Shown here one piece after another: positions 49,968 through 51,156 of a stretch of DNA of 51,156 nucleotides (its first letter is position 1; every line of letters starts with the position of its first letter). This DNA comes from Promethearchaeia archaeon (GTDB lineage Archaea > Asgardarchaeota > Lokiarchaeia > Sigyniarchaeales > SOKP01), in the NCBI GenBank assembly GCA_029856155.1, contig JAHQWL010000029.1, positions 1 to 51,156 on the forward strand, written 5' to 3'. The notes beneath the pieces were generated by a model. It was not told the origin of the DNA and ran no database searches. It saw only the letters and a list, made by a program, of their open reading frames with translations. Position numbers and translations under genes: made by a program.

Positions 49968-50049
49968 AATGTTGGTTGAACAGTGTTCGTTATATATAAC
50001 TATATAATTTTACTAATATATTATTATTTTGACTTTTACCAATATGAAA

Positions 50050-50134
50050 TGCGGGAAGGGAGATTTGAACTCCCGAACTCCTACGAGAATGGGTTCTGAG
50101 CCCATCGCCTTTGACCAAACTTGGCAATTCCCGC
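50050..50134 (-). tRNA. tRNA-Leu(CAG), intron-less, CCA not encoded
   Basis: GCGGGAATTGCCAAGTTTGGTCAAAGGCGATGGGCTCAGAACCCATTCTCGTAGGAGTTCGGGAGTTCAAATCTCCCTTCCCGCA. Acceptor stem GCGGGAA/TTCCCGC, anticodon arm ATGGG-CTCAGAA-CCCAT, long variable arm, discriminator A. Confidence 0.97.
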
Positions 50135-50205
50135 AAAGTTTTTGTATTTAATCCATTTTACTTATTTTTTTAAATAATAATTATTTAAAATTCCTAAAAA
50201 TTTTA

Positions 50206-50868
50206 ATGATTACTTTTAAACTTGATTCCTTTCACAGAAACATGCAAGAACTTTTAGATAAAATTCAAACGCTTAAAACTAGTGAAGTTAAAACTCATGT
50301 GGATGCTCGTATAACTGAGTTTAGTGAGATTAAAACTCACCCTATCCATTTGATATTTAAGGAGCTGTGTTTTTGTATTACTACGGCTAATTGCAGTGCA
50401 GAACGATGCATTGAGGTGCAAGAAAAGATGGGTAATGGATTCCTTACCTTATCCGAAAAACAGTTAGCGTCCAAGTTAAAAGAATATAAATATAGATTTC
50501 CAAATGTGCGATCCAAGTATATCTTTGAGGCTAGAAAAAAAATATCTGAATTAGAAAGCAATATTAAATCTGGTGATAATGGACCAAATTTACGAGAATG
50601 GATTGTGAACAACATAAAAGGGATTGGCTATAAAGAGGCCAGTCATTTCTTAAGAAATATTGGGTATAATGATTACGCGATTATTGATTTTCACATTATA
50701 GATCTATTAGTTAATTACAATTTAATTCAAAAACCAAAAACTTTGACTAAAAATAAATATCTCGAAATTGAAGAAATATTGAAAAATATAGGAGAGAAAT
50801 TAAATCTAAATTTATCTGAATTAGATTTATATTTATGGTATTTAGAAACGGGAAAAATTCTTAAATAG
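50206..50868 (+). CDS. ogg: 8-oxoguanine DNA glycosylase/AP lyase (Ogg2 type)
   Basis: ELCFCITTAN, YRFPNVR, IKGIGYKEASHFLRNIG, AIIDFHI and LDLYLWYLETGKILK. The start may be the ATG at 50242. Confidence 0.93.
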   Translation: MITFKLDSFHRNMQELLDKIQTLKTSEVKTHVDARITEFSEIKTHPIHLIFKELCFCITTANCSAERCIEVQEKMGNGFLTLSEKQLASKLKEYKYRFPNVRSKYIFEARKKISELESNIKSGDNGPNLREWIVNNIKGIGYKEASHFLRNIGYNDYAIIDFHIIDLLVNYNLIQKPKTLTKNKYLEIEEILKNIGEKLNLNLSELDLYLWYLETGKILK

Positions 50869-50918
50869 TCAAGATATTTAAAAATCAAATAGAAAAGAAA
50901 AATAAAAAGGGAAATGAA

Positions 50919-51156
50919 ATGGATCCTACGTGCCATAACTGTAATAGTTTAAATTTTTGTATCCGTGGAAAACCAAACAAAAACCTGGAAAACTGTCCTA
51001 TGATTGTGAGTCCTGAAATTGAAGAGGAAGCTTTCAATCGTTATAAAACTGACGAGGTCATAAAAAAAACCACAAAAATGGCATCAATTGTGGAAGCTTC
51101 AGGATACATTCATTGGCCTCGTTTAAAAGATACCATAGAATTTGCTACAAGAATGG
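50919..51156 (+). CDS. DUF1847-like Cys-rich protein, partial (runs off the window edge)
   Basis: MDPTCHNCNSLNFCIRG...NCPM...ASIVEASGYIHWPRLKDTIEFATRM. Confidence 0.72.
   Translation, partial: MDPTCHNCNSLNFCIRGKPNKNLENCPMIVSPEIEEEAFNRYKTDEVIKKTTKMASIVEASGYIHWPRLKDTIEFATRM

Noticed and set aside
50050-50134. tRNA intron or integration site at tRNA-Leu
   Set aside because: The anticodon loop is a normal 7 nt. I saw no duplicated tRNA 3' end and no integrase.
1-51156. CRISPR arrays, IS elements, proviral genes, rRNA
   Set aside because: I saw no regularly spaced repeats, transposase, integrase or capsid motifs, or GC-rich rRNA-like stretches.

Overview
A very AT-rich, gene-dense archaeal window that most likely comes from an Asgard (Lokiarchaeia-like) archaeon. 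The evidence is roadblock and longin proteins, a roadblock-small GTPase fusion, a gelsolin-domain protein, archaeal lipid genes and a tRNA-Leu without encoded CCA. Its core (about 15.6-30.8 kb) is an isoprenoid/ether-lipid cluster. It holds a cis-prenyltransferase, HMG-CoA synthase with a Cys/His-rich C-terminal extension, a haloarchaeal-type phosphomevalonate decarboxylase, HMG-CoA reductase, UbiD, a two-subunit AcnX, mevalonate kinase, an IPK-IDI2 fusion, UbiX, GGPP synthase and a geranylgeranyl reductase. The top finding is in mevalonate kinase. The gene is interrupted inside its conserved GKxILFGE|HxVVYG motif by a 31-nt insertion (23943-23973) that carries a stop and shifts the frame. The insertion folds into a bulge-helix-bulge-like structure whose predicted endonuclease cut sites match the boundaries needed to restore the protein, so it is a candidate tRNA-endonuclease-spliced mRNA intron in a core metabolic gene. 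Secondary findings are a eukaryote-style SECIS-like hairpin (40193-40272, minus strand) behind a gene with an interrupted 5' end, two alternative lower mevalonate routes in one operon, and several small ORFs missed by the ORF track. All family calls come from reading motifs by eye; no searches were run.
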